DNA of 56,331 nt. Origin: a virus. Its lineage: Duplodnaviria; Caudoviricetes. Under the pieces are notes generated by a model. That model was not told where the DNA came from. It made no database searches and saw only the letters and a program-made list of their open reading frames with translations. Below are positions 8,565 through 16,925 of this stretch, piece after piece. A program made the translations under genes and the position numbers. The DNA is taken from positions 1 to 56,331 of IMG/VR virus record IMGVR_UViG_3300049048_000077; one strand, written 5' to 3'. The first letter of the stretch is position 1. The number at the start of each line of letters is the position of its first letter.

Positions 8565-9185
8565 TTAAGCAGCGTTCCTGAAGCTGCGGATTGCCTCGAC
8601 CTCTGCTGCAACTTCGGTCATGAAGACCTCGACTGCGGCGGCGAGCTTTTCTATGTACGCGCCATCGCGAGGGATGGTGCGAACGATCAATTGGGCGTTC
8701 TCTGGAAACTCTGGGCAGAAAGACACGAAGTCCCACTCGGTGCGCCCAGTGATCCACATGCAGCCTTGGATCTGTGGCGTGTACTCTGGAGGCTCTGCTT
8801 TCGCGCGCAGATACTCGCAATGCTTGCCGGGAGTGGGGCACTTGATCTCCAGCCCGCGCACCTCGTCAATCAGCCCATCAGGCGAGGCGCCGCATTCCAG
8901 CGTGTCGTGCACGCAGAACCCGACTTCTTCAACCAAGTTGCCGGTCAGGGCCTCGTAGGCAATTCGGGCGAGTGGCTCGCGTTCGGTGCCTTGCTTCATG
9001 GCATCGTTCTGGAAAACGTCCTCCTGTTTTCCGGTGATTCGCTCCAACGCCAGGCGCACCCGGTAGTTGCGGTATGCAGCGGTTGTCTTCGCCGCAAGGA
9101 TGTTCCCGAAGTTGCTGGCAGTCGCCTTGCCCAGTCTTGCAGCAAACCACTCTGGGGACCGCTGTTCAGCCGTGATGAGTTTCAT
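8565..9185 (-). CDS. exo: Lambda exonuclease/YqaJ-family recombination exonuclease
   Basis: QRSPEWFAARLG..TAS, GASPDG, LEIKCP. Confidence 0.93.
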   Translation of the reverse strand: MKLITAEQRSPEWFAARLGKATASNFGNILAAKTTAAYRNYRVRLALERITGKQEDVFQNDAMKQGTEREPLARIAYEALTGNLVEEVGFCVHDTLECGASPDGLIDEVRGLEIKCPTPGKHCEYLRAKAEPPEYTPQIQGCMWITGRTEWDFVSFCPEFPENAQLIVRTIPRDGAYIEKLAAAVEVFMTEVAAEVEAIRSFRNAA

Positions 9186-9918
9186 GCTTCACCTCTGCAT
9201 CGGTTGCGGTAGCGTTTTTAAGCGCAGTGCGGTGATCCGCGACGGCCTTCTTGAACTTGGCGTGGTCGTCCGGCTGCTTGACCAGCTTGCCGTTGTGCTC
9301 CTTCCAGATTGCCAGCGCCTCGGCATCGGTGGTAGCCGCAAGAGCAAGTTCAATGAACGGCTGCGGGTCGATGACCTCGGCAGGCTCTGACACCACAATG
9401 CCCAGCTTGCTCTCAACGATTCGCTCGGCTTCGTCTTGGTCGAAGATTCCGGAGTACCCGAAGGCAAGCCGCGCGCACTGAATCATTGCCTTGTGGCGCA
9501 GCATCCGGCGCGGGTGCGATTTCCAAGGGCCTACGCCATCGCGGCGGCACTCAACCATGTACTCCGTCACTTTGATGGGGTGGCTGCGGTCCTTGCGGTA
9601 CACGATGCAGGTGCAGGATTCGTCGTCCTGCTGAAAATCCATCCCGTCGAACTGCGGGTGGTTGTTGATGATCCGGCTCCAGCCGTCCACCCCGACGACC
9701 GGCACGATGCCATTGCTGCGGTCAGGGAATGCGTAGATTTCCTTCGTCCAGGGGTTCAGGCCGTACTGGTTTGCGACCACCATCAAGGCGGTCATCTGGG
9801 CGTCGGTTACCGGCCCTTTGAAAGCCGTGGCCTTGAGTGTGTCCATCAGCCCTGCGCCGTCGCCCATGTCCAGGGTTGTGGCAAGTTTCTGTGTCAGCGT
9901 TGCTAAAGCGTTGCTCAT
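9166..9918 (-). CDS. bet: Red-beta/Bet single-strand annealing protein
   Basis: ANQYGLNPWTKEIYAFP, GVDGW, PRRMLRHKA.IQCAR.AFG. Confidence 0.95.
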   Translation of the reverse strand: MSNALATLTQKLATTLDMGDGAGLMDTLKATAFKGPVTDAQMTALMVVANQYGLNPWTKEIYAFPDRSNGIVPVVGVDGWSRIINNHPQFDGMDFQQDDESCTCIVYRKDRSHPIKVTEYMVECRRDGVGPWKSHPRRMLRHKAMIQCARLAFGYSGIFDQDEAERIVESKLGIVVSEPAEVIDPQPFIELALAATTDAEALAIWKEHNGKLVKQPDDHAKFKKAVADHRTALKNATATDAEVKHETHHG

Positions 9919-9927
9919 GTTGATCTT

Positions 9928-10050
9928 TCAAATAAACGGGTAAAGCAGCCCCGCACAAAACCCCGTCACTCCAAACAAGGTCAGTAGCAGGACAATCCAA
10001 AACAGCAGGCTCTCTACTGGTGACAGGTCTATGTCTGTGGGTTCGGTCAT
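9928..10050 (-). CDS. Small single-TM peptide (40 aa)
   Basis: MTEPTDIDLSPVESLLFWIVLLLTLFGV...; ATGA coupling. Confidence 0.5.
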   Translation of the reverse strand: MTEPTDIDLSPVESLLFWIVLLLTLFGVTGFCAGLLYPFI

Positions 10051-10385
10051 GGGGATGGCTCCCCGGTTGCTTTGGCGATAGCTGCGTTCATCAATTCAAA
10101 AGCTTCGGCGCACAGGAAGATGCGCTCCATGAAGCCAATCGCGTGATCCTTCTCCCGCTCATCCCAGTCGACCAGCTTCTGGCAGGCCTCCAGCAAATCA
10201 GGCGCTGCTGCGATCAGATGGGCGTTTGCCAGCATTTCCTCGCGCGAAATCACTTCGGCGAAGGTGTTGTTGTCTCGACGATCCATGCTGCAGGTGAGGT
10301 TGTGCTCCGTGCCAAGCAGGACGTCGCAGCAAGCGTTGTTCTCGTCGCCAATCGACCAGGGGCCGGGCGTGTGTCGTGCTGTCAT
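10047..10385 (-). CDS. Hypothetical phage protein (HTPGPW...ANA.LIAAAPDLLEA family)
   Basis: Widespread phage motif. Confidence 0.75.
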   Translation of the reverse strand: MTARHTPGPWSIGDENNACCDVLLGTEHNLTCSMDRRDNNTFAEVISREEMLANAHLIAAAPDLLEACQKLVDWDEREKDHAIGFMERIFLCAEAFELMNAAIAKATGEPSP

Positions 10386-10654
10386 CACTTCACCTCCGCT
10401 ACTGTGTAAGCACGTCCCCGCCGTGGCGTGCAGGTCAATGTCTTGTCGTCTGTCCACTGCGCCAGAGCAGCAGGACCGCACACAGCCTGCCCAGCAAACT
10501 CGCGCGAGGCCTTTGCAGATTCCTCTTGCTGGATGGCTTGCAGGTTGTCAGCCCTGCCAAAATCATCGCGGTAGTCCTGATCGCTCAGAAAGCAAAAAGC
10601 ACCGATAACGGTGCTTAGTACAAGGCCGGTAAACCAGTTCGGGTGGTGGGTCAT
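10385..10654 (-). CDS. Hypothetical membrane-anchored phage protein
   Basis: N-terminal hydrophobic segment; coupled ORF. Confidence 0.65.
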   Translation of the reverse strand: MTHHPNWFTGLVLSTVIGAFCFLSDQDYRDDFGRADNLQAIQQEESAKASREFAGQAVCGPAALAQWTDDKTLTCTPRRGRAYTVAEVK

Positions 10655-10890
10655 GGGGTGTCTCCGGTTGCTTTGGCGATTGCGGACCGAAGGTGCGCGG
10701 ACAAATGTTTTTGGTAGAACAGGCGCTCAAGATGGCTTGGCGCCATGTCCACGCACCTCTTAAGTTGATCGGCCTTTGCACGCCAGCGCTCAAACTCATT
10801 CAACTCATTCAACTCGTTCTCCCGCTTCGCCCGCTCCTGCGCTTCCATGCTTCGCTTTGCTGCAAGGGCGCGTTGTTCGTCTTGTGTCAT
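10651..10890 (-). CDS. Hypothetical phage protein
   Basis: ATGA coupling; ends AIAKATG. Confidence 0.6.
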   Translation of the reverse strand: MTQDEQRALAAKRSMEAQERAKRENELNELNEFERWRAKADQLKRCVDMAPSHLERLFYQKHLSAHLRSAIAKATGDTP

Positions 10891-11123
10891 GGCTTGGCCT
10901 TTGGTGGGTGGGCTAGGCCGCGCCAGTGCTTGCCAGCGCCCTGTGTGGCACCTGTCGTATCGCGCCAGGTATCCGCCAAGCGGATGTAAGGGGTGCGCCA
11001 TCCCCATCGCTGCCCATCCCAATAGGCGAAACCATCGCCGCCGCCGGTTCTGACCTTGTAAACACCCTTGCGCACCGGCTTCTCGCCATTCACAAACCAC
11101 GGCGTCAGTTCTTGCTTGTTCAT
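10887..11123 (-). CDS. Hypothetical Trp-rich phage protein
   Basis: TPWF...KPVRKGVY..YWDG..WRGL. Confidence 0.65.
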   Translation of the reverse strand: MNKQELTPWFVNGEKPVRKGVYKVRTGGGDGFAYWDGQRWGWRTPYIRLADTWRDTTGATQGAGKHWRGLAHPPKAKP

Positions 11124-11380
11124 ACACATCCCCTCATGTCATCAACCAGGTCATCCAAATAGTTCTGCGCAATCTCGCGCGGTTCTTCACGCAGAGCCTT
11201 TGCCCTCTCGGACAGTGCTGCGGCAATCTGCGCAAACCACTCTGGTGTGATCGCAAAAGGTTGCTGTGCCCGGATGACAGCAATCACCCGGCTTGCGGAG
11301 CAATCTGCTGCTTCGGCTTGGTCGCGCTCGGCTATCTGCGCCATGAGCTCGGGGGGGAGTGGGTCCATTGCTGTCTCCAT
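11120..11380 (-). CDS. Hypothetical phage protein
   Basis: Coupled ORF; start uncertain. Confidence 0.6.
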   Translation of the reverse strand: METAMDPLPPELMAQIAERDQAEAADCSASRVIAVIRAQQPFAITPEWFAQIAAALSERAKALREEPREIAQNYLDDLVDDMRGCV

Positions 11381-11406
11381 GAAGAACGGCCCACTGAGGG
11401 GCCGTG

Positions 11407-11904
11407 TTAAAGGGTGCAGCCAGGATGAATCTGGCGCTTTCGTGCTACGTAAGCTGCATGTGCTTCTTCTTTTGTATCGAAGCGGCCGATGGTTGAGGTC
11501 TTAAGGACGCCATCAACCGTGAGGGATATCTGCGCCTTCCATCGCCTCTTTTTCTTGTCCCAATGCACGCCAAGTACTCCTGACGCGCTGTCCCTGTGGG
11601 CGCGCCGTTGGTTCTGCATGTTGAGGGTCTGAGAAACCTCCCGGAGGTTGGCTATCCGGTTGTCACCTGGGTCGCCATTGATGTGGTCTACGTGGCCTAC
11701 AGGCCATCTACCGTAGAAGATCAACCACGCCAGTCGGTGCGTCAGATAGCTGCCACGACAAAGCTCAACGTAGAAATAACCGCCGGGCGGCTTGCAGTAC
11801 GGTTGCGAGCCCTTGAGCTTCCGGAGAATCCCGGTTTCCGGGTCGTAGGAGATCTCGCTCAGCACTTGCTCTACGCTCAGGTCATCTTTCGCTTTGAAGC
11901 TCAT
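11407..11904 (-). CDS. HNH-AP2 homing endonuclease
   Basis: YDPETG, HRLAW, VDHING...DNRIANLR, SGVLGV..W.A.I AP2 domain. Confidence 0.9.
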   Translation of the reverse strand: MSFKAKDDLSVEQVLSEISYDPETGILRKLKGSQPYCKPPGGYFYVELCRGSYLTHRLAWLIFYGRWPVGHVDHINGDPGDNRIANLREVSQTLNMQNQRRAHRDSASGVLGVHWDKKKRRWKAQISLTVDGVLKTSTIGRFDTKEEAHAAYVARKRQIHPGCTL

Positions 11905-11980
11905 ATGGTTAGCTCGCAAAAAAGCCACCCTGTAGGTGGCCGTGTTGTGCCCGCATGAGCGGGAGGGGGGATGAAGGTGG

Positions 11981-12130
11981 CTAGGTAACCGGTTCAGACC
12001 AAGGATCTGATCCGCAACGTTCGGCTACTGCTGCTTGCGCTGCCGCCTGGATTTCTTCAATCGTCTCTCCAGAAACCACGGTGCTGTCATCGCTGCCGTC
12101 TGGCAATGTGTAGTGAATGCGAAAGTTCAT
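11981..12130 (-). CDS. Small early protein (49 aa)
   Basis: RBS AAGGAG; MNFRIHYTLPDGSDD... Confidence 0.6.
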   Translation of the reverse strand: MNFRIHYTLPDGSDDSTVVSGETIEEIQAAAQAAVAERCGSDPWSEPVT

Positions 12131-12167
12131 GCTGCTCTCCTTGTTTTTTGGATAGGGGGAAATGCTT

Positions 12168-12273
12168 TGAAGGGCGGGCAGGACTCAAACCTGCATCTTC
12201 TGCAACATAGGCATCTGCACGATCAACCCTGCCGGGCGCCGATTCCTCGGCATTTACTTTGTGCTACCGCCCA
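12168..12273 (-). ncRNA. tRNA-like element with expanded anticodon region
   Basis: Acceptor GGGCGG/CCGCCC, TAGC D-arm start, T-arm GCAGG-TTTGAGT-CCTGC; enclosed in long stem GGAGAGTGCTTTGA/TCAAAGCATTTCC. Confidence 0.6.
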
Positions 12274-12317
12274 TCAAAGCACTCTCCTGTAGCCCCGGTA
12301 GGTGGGGCGGGGAGGGG

Positions 12318-12491
12318 TTAGAAGAAGCTGAGCGCGTATTCAGCGTCCGAGCCATCGGGCGTTTTGGTGAGTTTGAAAACGTCCGCAAAATCCTCGCCAA
12401 ACACGCCACCGTTTGCGATTGCCAACATGATTGCGGGGTGCGCAACCGTGACGTCTGCGCAGGTGTTATTCACGTATGAAAACTTAGCCAT
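12318..12491 (-). CDS. First PL gene, 57 aa hypothetical
   Basis: RBS CAGGAG; MAKFSYVNNTCAD... Confidence 0.6.
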   Translation of the reverse strand: MAKFSYVNNTCADVTVAHPAIMLAIANGGVFGEDFADVFKLTKTPDGSDAEYALSFF

Positions 12492-12694
12492 GCCTATCTC
12501 CTGTTGAATGTCGAAGCGCCCTGCGGATCAAGGCGCTTTGAGATTCGCCCCGCGTCAGCAGGGCTCCGTCTACTCTCTACCGGCAGACCCGGTGCACTGC
12601 TAAACAGTGCCTGACTTGCTCCCTTGCGGGCATCGCCTCAGACCGACCGTATTGCGGGCCGTTCGCCATCTCGGCATTGCTGCGTCGATGGGTG

Positions 12695-12783
12695 AAGTAT
12701 GGCTCAACCGGACACATAAGGTCAAGCTGAACCGGACTATTTGCATAGAATTTGTTGTCATTACAAGTCCGGCTCATCCGGAC
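12695..12783 (-). promoter_or_regulatory. PL promoter with three OL operators
   Basis: TTGACC-N18-CATACT on minus strand; 17-mers GTATGGCTCAACCGGAC (12697), GTCAAGCTGAACCGGAC (12721), GTCCGGCTCATCCGGAC (12767). Confidence 0.85.
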
Positions 12784-12810
12784 ATTTCCGCATATAGACC
12801 ACGCGTGCAA

Positions 12811-12836
12811 CAAAAAACCGCCTCAGTGGGCGGTTG
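12811..12836 (-). terminator. Terminator of cI operon
   Basis: AACCGCC-N5-GGCGGTT stem with U-tract on minus strand. Confidence 0.7.
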
Positions 12837-12909
12837 TGTGGGTTTATGGCAGTTGTCTAAATGCTCATAGAACTATGCGTTATGAAGGCTTTGCGCATTT
12901 CTATGATCT

Positions 12910-13356
12910 TTAGAACACTCTGTTCGCTGTGATGGTGGTCCCAACTGGCAACAGCGAGCCGCAAGGCACGCCCTGCGCTGCGCCTTCCTTTGTCTGCACC
13001 GCTTGCAGGAGCTTGGCGGAGAGTGCGGGGCCGTTGAAAGTGACTTCAAATGCGGTGTCGCACATCATGTTCACCATCAAGCCGGTGATGATGGCCTTGT
13101 TGCCTTGCAGCTGCCCCATGAATGCGTTCCATATGAGGACCTCGCTCGGCTTCACTGTGACGTTGCCGTAGTAGAACGCGACCCCGCCAGTCGTGGGGAT
13201 GGCGAAATAGTTGGTCACCAGCACCTGCGGCCCATTCTGCTGAACCATCAGAAACGACTTCTGGTCTGTCACGGTTTGGTAGAGGCCGTCATACGGTCCA
13301 TTCGCCCAGGCGGCGCCAGTCAATGCCAGGCAGGCGGCGGCAATCACTCTTTTCAT
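12910..13356 (-). CDS. Secreted/periplasmic protein co-transcribed with cI (possible superinfection exclusion)
   Basis: Sec signal peptide MKRVIAAACLALTGAAWA; ATGA-coupled to cI. Confidence 0.7.
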   Translation of the reverse strand: MKRVIAAACLALTGAAWANGPYDGLYQTVTDQKSFLMVQQNGPQVLVTNYFAIPTTGGVAFYYGNVTVKPSEVLIWNAFMGQLQGNKAIITGLMVNMMCDTAFEVTFNGPALSAKLLQAVQTKEGAAQGVPCGSLLPVGTTITANRVF

Positions 13357-13757
13357 TTCACTTTCCCCTTCTTGTTGACTGGTTGCGGCGCTGGCGGCAA
13401 ATGCTTCGCCACATCGCCATCGGGCACGGCGGGTCCCATCATCATGGAGAGCAGTTTGCGCCGTTGATCTTCGGACAGGGCCTGCACCACGCTCGCGGCC
13501 TTGGCCAGCTCTGCGTCCTTCTTTATGTCGCCAAAGATCAGAAAGTCAGCGCTGATGTTGAGCTTGAGGCATATGAGGCGCAGCTGGTCGGCCTTCGGGT
13601 AGTGGCGCTCTGCCTCCCAGTCAGCCACCGATTGCTTCGATGCGTCTTTGCCTGGACGGTCACCCGCACCACGGCCCAACTCCACGCCGCTGAGTTTCGC
13701 GTCGGTGCGGGCCTGCTTGAGCCTGGCGCCAAATCCAAAGCTGGCTGATTTATCCAT
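13353..13757 (-). CDS. cI: CI-like XRE repressor, leaderless, no S24 peptidase domain
   Basis: FGARLKQAR..LSGVELG...SKQSVADWE HTH; TATGCT 6 nt upstream of ATG. Confidence 0.85.
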   Translation of the reverse strand: MDKSASFGFGARLKQARTDAKLSGVELGRGAGDRPGKDASKQSVADWEAERHYPKADQLRLICLKLNISADFLIFGDIKKDAELAKAASVVQALSEDQRRKLLSMMMGPAVPDGDVAKHLPPAPQPVNKKGKVK

Positions 13758-13798
13758 CGTTTGAGCATAAAGACTGCCCGCCTCATGCCAAACTATTG

Positions 13799-13846
13799 GT
13801 ACGGCTGAACTTGACTCATGCTGTCCGGTTGAGCCATACTCGGTGC
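13799..13846 (+). promoter_or_regulatory. PR promoter with OR operators
   Basis: TTGACT(13811)-N18-CATACT(13835); operators GTACGGCTGAACTTGAC (13799) and GTCCGGTTGAGCCATAC (13823), the latter the exact reverse complement of OL1. Confidence 0.85.
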
Positions 13847-14077
13847 ATGGATAACCCTGAACTGACCGCATTTCTTGAAATCCGGGGAAAGCAAGCTGCT
13901 GTTGCATCGTCATTGGGGGTCTCCCGCCAGACGGTGAACGACTGGAAACGCCAGGGCTTCATTCCCGCGAAACACGCCGCAGCCTTTGAAGCGCTGTCCG
14001 GCATCGCTCGCACCCGGCTGTGCCCAACCTTCGCTTGGGTTCCGCCCCGCAAGGTCAAGCAGCCCACCACGGCCTAA
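13847..14077 (+). CDS. cro: Cro-like repressor (YdaS family), leaderless
   Basis: QAAVASSLGVSRQTVNDW..IP HTH; ATG 6 nt after -10. Confidence 0.85.
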   Translation: MDNPELTAFLEIRGKQAAVASSLGVSRQTVNDWKRQGFIPAKHAAAFEALSGIARTRLCPTFAWVPPRKVKQPTTA

Positions 14078-14148
14078 CCCATGAACTTCCATCTGTGTCT
14101 TGTTTTGCATGGCCCAGATGGTTGCTTTTTTTTGCCCTGACAGGGTAC

Positions 14149-14162
14149 TCAACCCGGTTCAA
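14149..14162 (-). promoter_or_regulatory. Candidate CII site (PRE-like) TTGA-N6-TTGA
   Basis: Direct repeat just upstream of cII start, same geometry as lambda TTGC-N6-TTGC. Confidence 0.45.
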
Positions 14163-14167
14163 ACATC

Positions 14168-14584
14168 ATGACCTCGCTTGAAGACCAGCACGAATTGGCC
14201 CTTGCCCGCGCACCTCAGCGCGCCGCTGTGCCCCTGGAAATGATCCGAGCACAGAAGACCGCCGCAGCCGCCTTCACGCTGGCCTGCAGTGTCTCCGGTC
14301 TGGAAGACAAGGAGATCTACCTCGCGCTGTCGATTGATGCCGGGTACTTCTCCAACATCAAGAAGGGCAAGGCCACGCTTCAAGCCGACTTGGTTTCGCA
14401 GTTCTGCGAGCTGGTGGGCAACACGATCTATCCCGAGTGGGCTGCGTACCAAGTGGGCTGCACGCTGGTGATGATCAAAACCGAAGCCGAGCGCCGTGCC
14501 GAACAGGCCGAGATGCGCGCCCAGGCTGCAGAGGCTGAGAACCGGTTGATGCGCCAGCTGCTGGCGGGGAGGGTTGCCGCATGA
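14168..14584 (+). CDS. CII-like transcriptional regulator
   Basis: HTH (KEIY.AL.IDAGYFSNIKKG), position after cro. Confidence 0.7.
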   Translation: MTSLEDQHELALARAPQRAAVPLEMIRAQKTAAAAFTLACSVSGLEDKEIYLALSIDAGYFSNIKKGKATLQADLVSQFCELVGNTIYPEWAAYQVGCTLVMIKTEAERRAEQAEMRAQAAEAENRLMRQLLAGRVAA

Positions 14585-14766
14585 GCACGTTGTGGAACCC
14601 CCGCCGTCCGCTCAACCAGCCCCCGCACTTCGGCGGTCTTTCTTTGACCGCTGGAAAAGCCGAGCGCACAACACCCCATTCAAGCATCGCAGTCAACGAG
14701 GACGAAGTCGAAGGCCTCGCTCTCATCCCTATGTCAGACCAGTCTGACAACCAAGAGCAACGGTGA
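14581..14766 (+). CDS. Hypothetical protein
   Basis: ATGA coupling to cII. Confidence 0.45.
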   Translation: MSTLWNPRRPLNQPPHFGGLSLTAGKAERTTPHSSIAVNEDEVEGLALIPMSDQSDNQEQR

Positions 14767-14851
14767 AGCCTGCGACCAGAACTGCAGGCATGAAAAAACC
14801 CGCTGTCATCGGCTGGCAGGCCTCGGCGGGTTTCTCGAATTAAGGCGAATC

Positions 14852-15376
14852 ATGACACAAACCAACGCTCTAGCCAATTCGGCTATCAAGGCCGCCGCAG
14901 GGAGGCTCGCAGTAAGGGGGCACTTCAAGCCTAGGCACGGCCACGCACACCCAGGAAATAAAACCTATGTTGTCTGGTACAGCATGGTGCAGCGCTGCCA
15001 CTACCCAAAGCACAAGTCATTTCCACGGTACGGGGGTCGCGGGATCACTGTGTGTGAAACATGGCGCACCGACTTCGCGGCATTCCTTGCCGACATGGGA
15101 GAAGTTCAGCCTGGCATGACACTGGGTCGAATCGACAACGACCGTGGCTACAGCAAGGAAAACTGCCGCTGGGAAACCATGAAGGAGCAGCACAACAATA
15201 AGTCGTCGAATCGCATTTTGTCGGTTAACGGACAAAGCATGACGCTGTGCCAGTGGGCCGAACAAACGGGCAAGCTGGCATGCACCATTGCACGCCGAAT
15301 CGATAAGCTGGGGTGGAGTGTGGAGGCGGCGATTTTCACCCCTGTTCGCGCGCGCATTGCGCCCAAGGGCTGCTAG
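14852..15376 (+). CDS. HNH-like phage endonuclease
   Basis: W.SM.QRC, YGGRGITVC..W, RIDNDRGY.KENCRW. Confidence 0.8.
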   Translation: MTQTNALANSAIKAAAGRLAVRGHFKPRHGHAHPGNKTYVVWYSMVQRCHYPKHKSFPRYGGRGITVCETWRTDFAAFLADMGEVQPGMTLGRIDNDRGYSKENCRWETMKEQHNNKSSNRILSVNGQSMTLCQWAEQTGKLACTIARRIDKLGWSVEAAIFTPVRARIAPKGC

Positions 15377-15379
15377 CTC

Positions 15380-16144
15380 ATGGCCGGTGAATGGCTCAAG
15401 TTTGAAGCTAACACCCCGGAAAAGCCGGAGGTGTTGGCTATCACCATCGCCATGGGCTGGGACGACCCAGACCTGACGGTGGGAAAACTCATGCGTGTCT
15501 GGCGCTGGTTCGACCAGCAGACCGTAAACGGTAACGCTCCGAGCGTTACTGCAGCGTTACTCGATCGTTTGTTGGGCGTTAGCGGTTTGTGCCAAGCAAT
15601 GGCAAGCGTGGGTTGGTTGGTCATTGATGACCATGGCCTGACCCTTCCAAACTTCGATCGGCACAACGGCAAGACCGCAAAAGACCGTGCTTTGACGGCA
15701 AAACGGGTCGCAACACACAAAAGTAACGGTAAAGGTAACGCTCCCATCGTTAGCGATGCGTTACCTAGAGAAGAGAAGAGAAGAGAAGAGAAAGAAGAAG
15801 ACAAAGGGGAGAAGCCCGCGCCACGCAAGCGTGCCGCCCCCTTCCCCGTGCCTGAATGGATCAATCGAGAGCACTGGGATGCATGGCATTCATGCAGCAA
15901 ACGCCGCAACGCCACCGACAAGCAAAAGCAACTTGCTGTTGACAAGCTGACAGCGTGGCGATCTGAGGGCATAGACCACGCTGCCGCGCTGGAAAACGCA
16001 GCCATCGGCGGGTGGCAAGGGTTGTTCAAGCCCGACGCACAAAAGGCCGGTGGCGGGCCCGCTATCAACAAGCAAGAGGCGCTTGAGCAGCGCAATCGCG
16101 GCGTGGCTTCGAGCTGGGCTGCAGGGATTGGGAACTACGTATGA
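15380..16144 (+). CDS. Replication initiator (O-like)
   Basis: N-terminal wHTH (WLK..PEV), REEKRREE linker, C-terminal GWQGLF; internal iterons. Confidence 0.8.
   Translation: MAGEWLKFEANTPEKPEVLAITIAMGWDDPDLTVGKLMRVWRWFDQQTVNGNAPSVTAALLDRLLGVSGLCQAMASVGWLVIDDHGLTLPNFDRHNGKTAKDRALTAKRVATHKSNGKGNAPIVSDALPREEKRREEKEEDKGEKPAPRKRAAPFPVPEWINREHWDAWHSCSKRRNATDKQKQLAVDKLTAWRSEGIDHAAALENAAIGGWQGLFKPDAQKAGGGPAINKQEALEQRNRGVASSWAAGIGNYV
15522..15800. other. Probable replication origin (iterons)
   Basis: Palindrome GTAACGCTC-C-GAGCGTTAC at 15531-15549, further GTAACG/CGTTAC copies at 15723-15764, then AGAAG purine run. Confidence 0.65.
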
Positions 16145-16800
16145 CCGAAGCCGACCGCAACGACTTTGCGCAGCTCATCACGGATGTGCTCGCCTACTAC
16201 CGCCAGGACGCCAGCCGATTCGTGCTGGATCTTTGGTGGAACACCTGCAAGCCCTTTGCCTTCGAGCAAGTGCGCGCAGCCATCCAAAAGCATTGCACCG
16301 ACGCCGAGCGGGGACAGTTTGCCCCCAAGGTGGCTGACCTTGCCCGGATCCTGCAAGGAACGACGACTGACCGCGCCTCGCTCGCATGGGGGAAGGTGCT
16401 GGAGGCAATGTCCTCCGTGGGTGCCTATACCGATGTTGTCTTTGATGACCCTGCCATCCATGCCGCAGCGGACGACATGGGCGGCTGGCCAAAGATGTGC
16501 CGCACGGAAATGAAGGAGTTGAGCCATCTGCAGCACCGCTTCATGCAGTCCTACCGCGCCTACGCGGAGCGCGGGCAGTTTGACTATCCGCGCCGACTGG
16601 GTGGCGACCGCAGCCCGGACAGCGAATACGAAAAAGCAGGCTTGAAACTGCCGCGCCCTGCGCTGATTGGCGATGCGGAGCGAGCAAAGCTGGTCTTCCA
16701 GGGTGGGGGCGCTGGCAAAACGTCGATCAGCTTCGCGCCCATCCAATCGCTGGGTAATGCCATCGCGGCCGCGATTGAAGCTCCAAGGAGTGCCGCATGA
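16141..16800 (+). CDS. P-like helicase loader (DUF6475-like)
   Basis: Follows initiator; FAPKVADL, VVFDDP.IH...MGGW. Confidence 0.7.
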   Translation: MTEADRNDFAQLITDVLAYYRQDASRFVLDLWWNTCKPFAFEQVRAAIQKHCTDAERGQFAPKVADLARILQGTTTDRASLAWGKVLEAMSSVGAYTDVVFDDPAIHAAADDMGGWPKMCRTEMKELSHLQHRFMQSYRAYAERGQFDYPRRLGGDRSPDSEYEKAGLKLPRPALIGDAERAKLVFQGGGAGKTSISFAPIQSLGNAIAAAIEAPRSAA

Positions 16801-16925
16801 CCCTCCGCGACAACCTCACCAAAGAGCAAGCCTGGGCACACGCGGTACTGGACGACGTCCGCGATGGGTTTGCCCAATCACCCAAGGCCATTCGCGCAGC
16901 GCTGCGCATCTTGGGGGAGATGTGA
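16797..16925 (+). CDS. Small hypothetical protein (42 aa)
   Basis: Coupled by overlapping start/stop on both sides. Confidence 0.5.
   Translation: MTLRDNLTKEQAWAHAVLDDVRDGFAQSPKAIRAALRILGEM

Noticed and set aside
8031-9212. 393-aa plus-strand ORF
   Set aside because: Antisense shadow of ssb/exo in GC-rich DNA
12168-12273. Functional decoding tRNA
   Set aside because: No 7-nt anticodon loop, T-loop reads TTTG, no CCA; kept only as tRNA-like
14143-14155. 13-mer GGGTACTCAACCC shared between the putative ncRNA and the cII leader
   Set aside because: Same sense in both transcripts so cannot pair, and a 13-mer match is plausible by chance at this genome size
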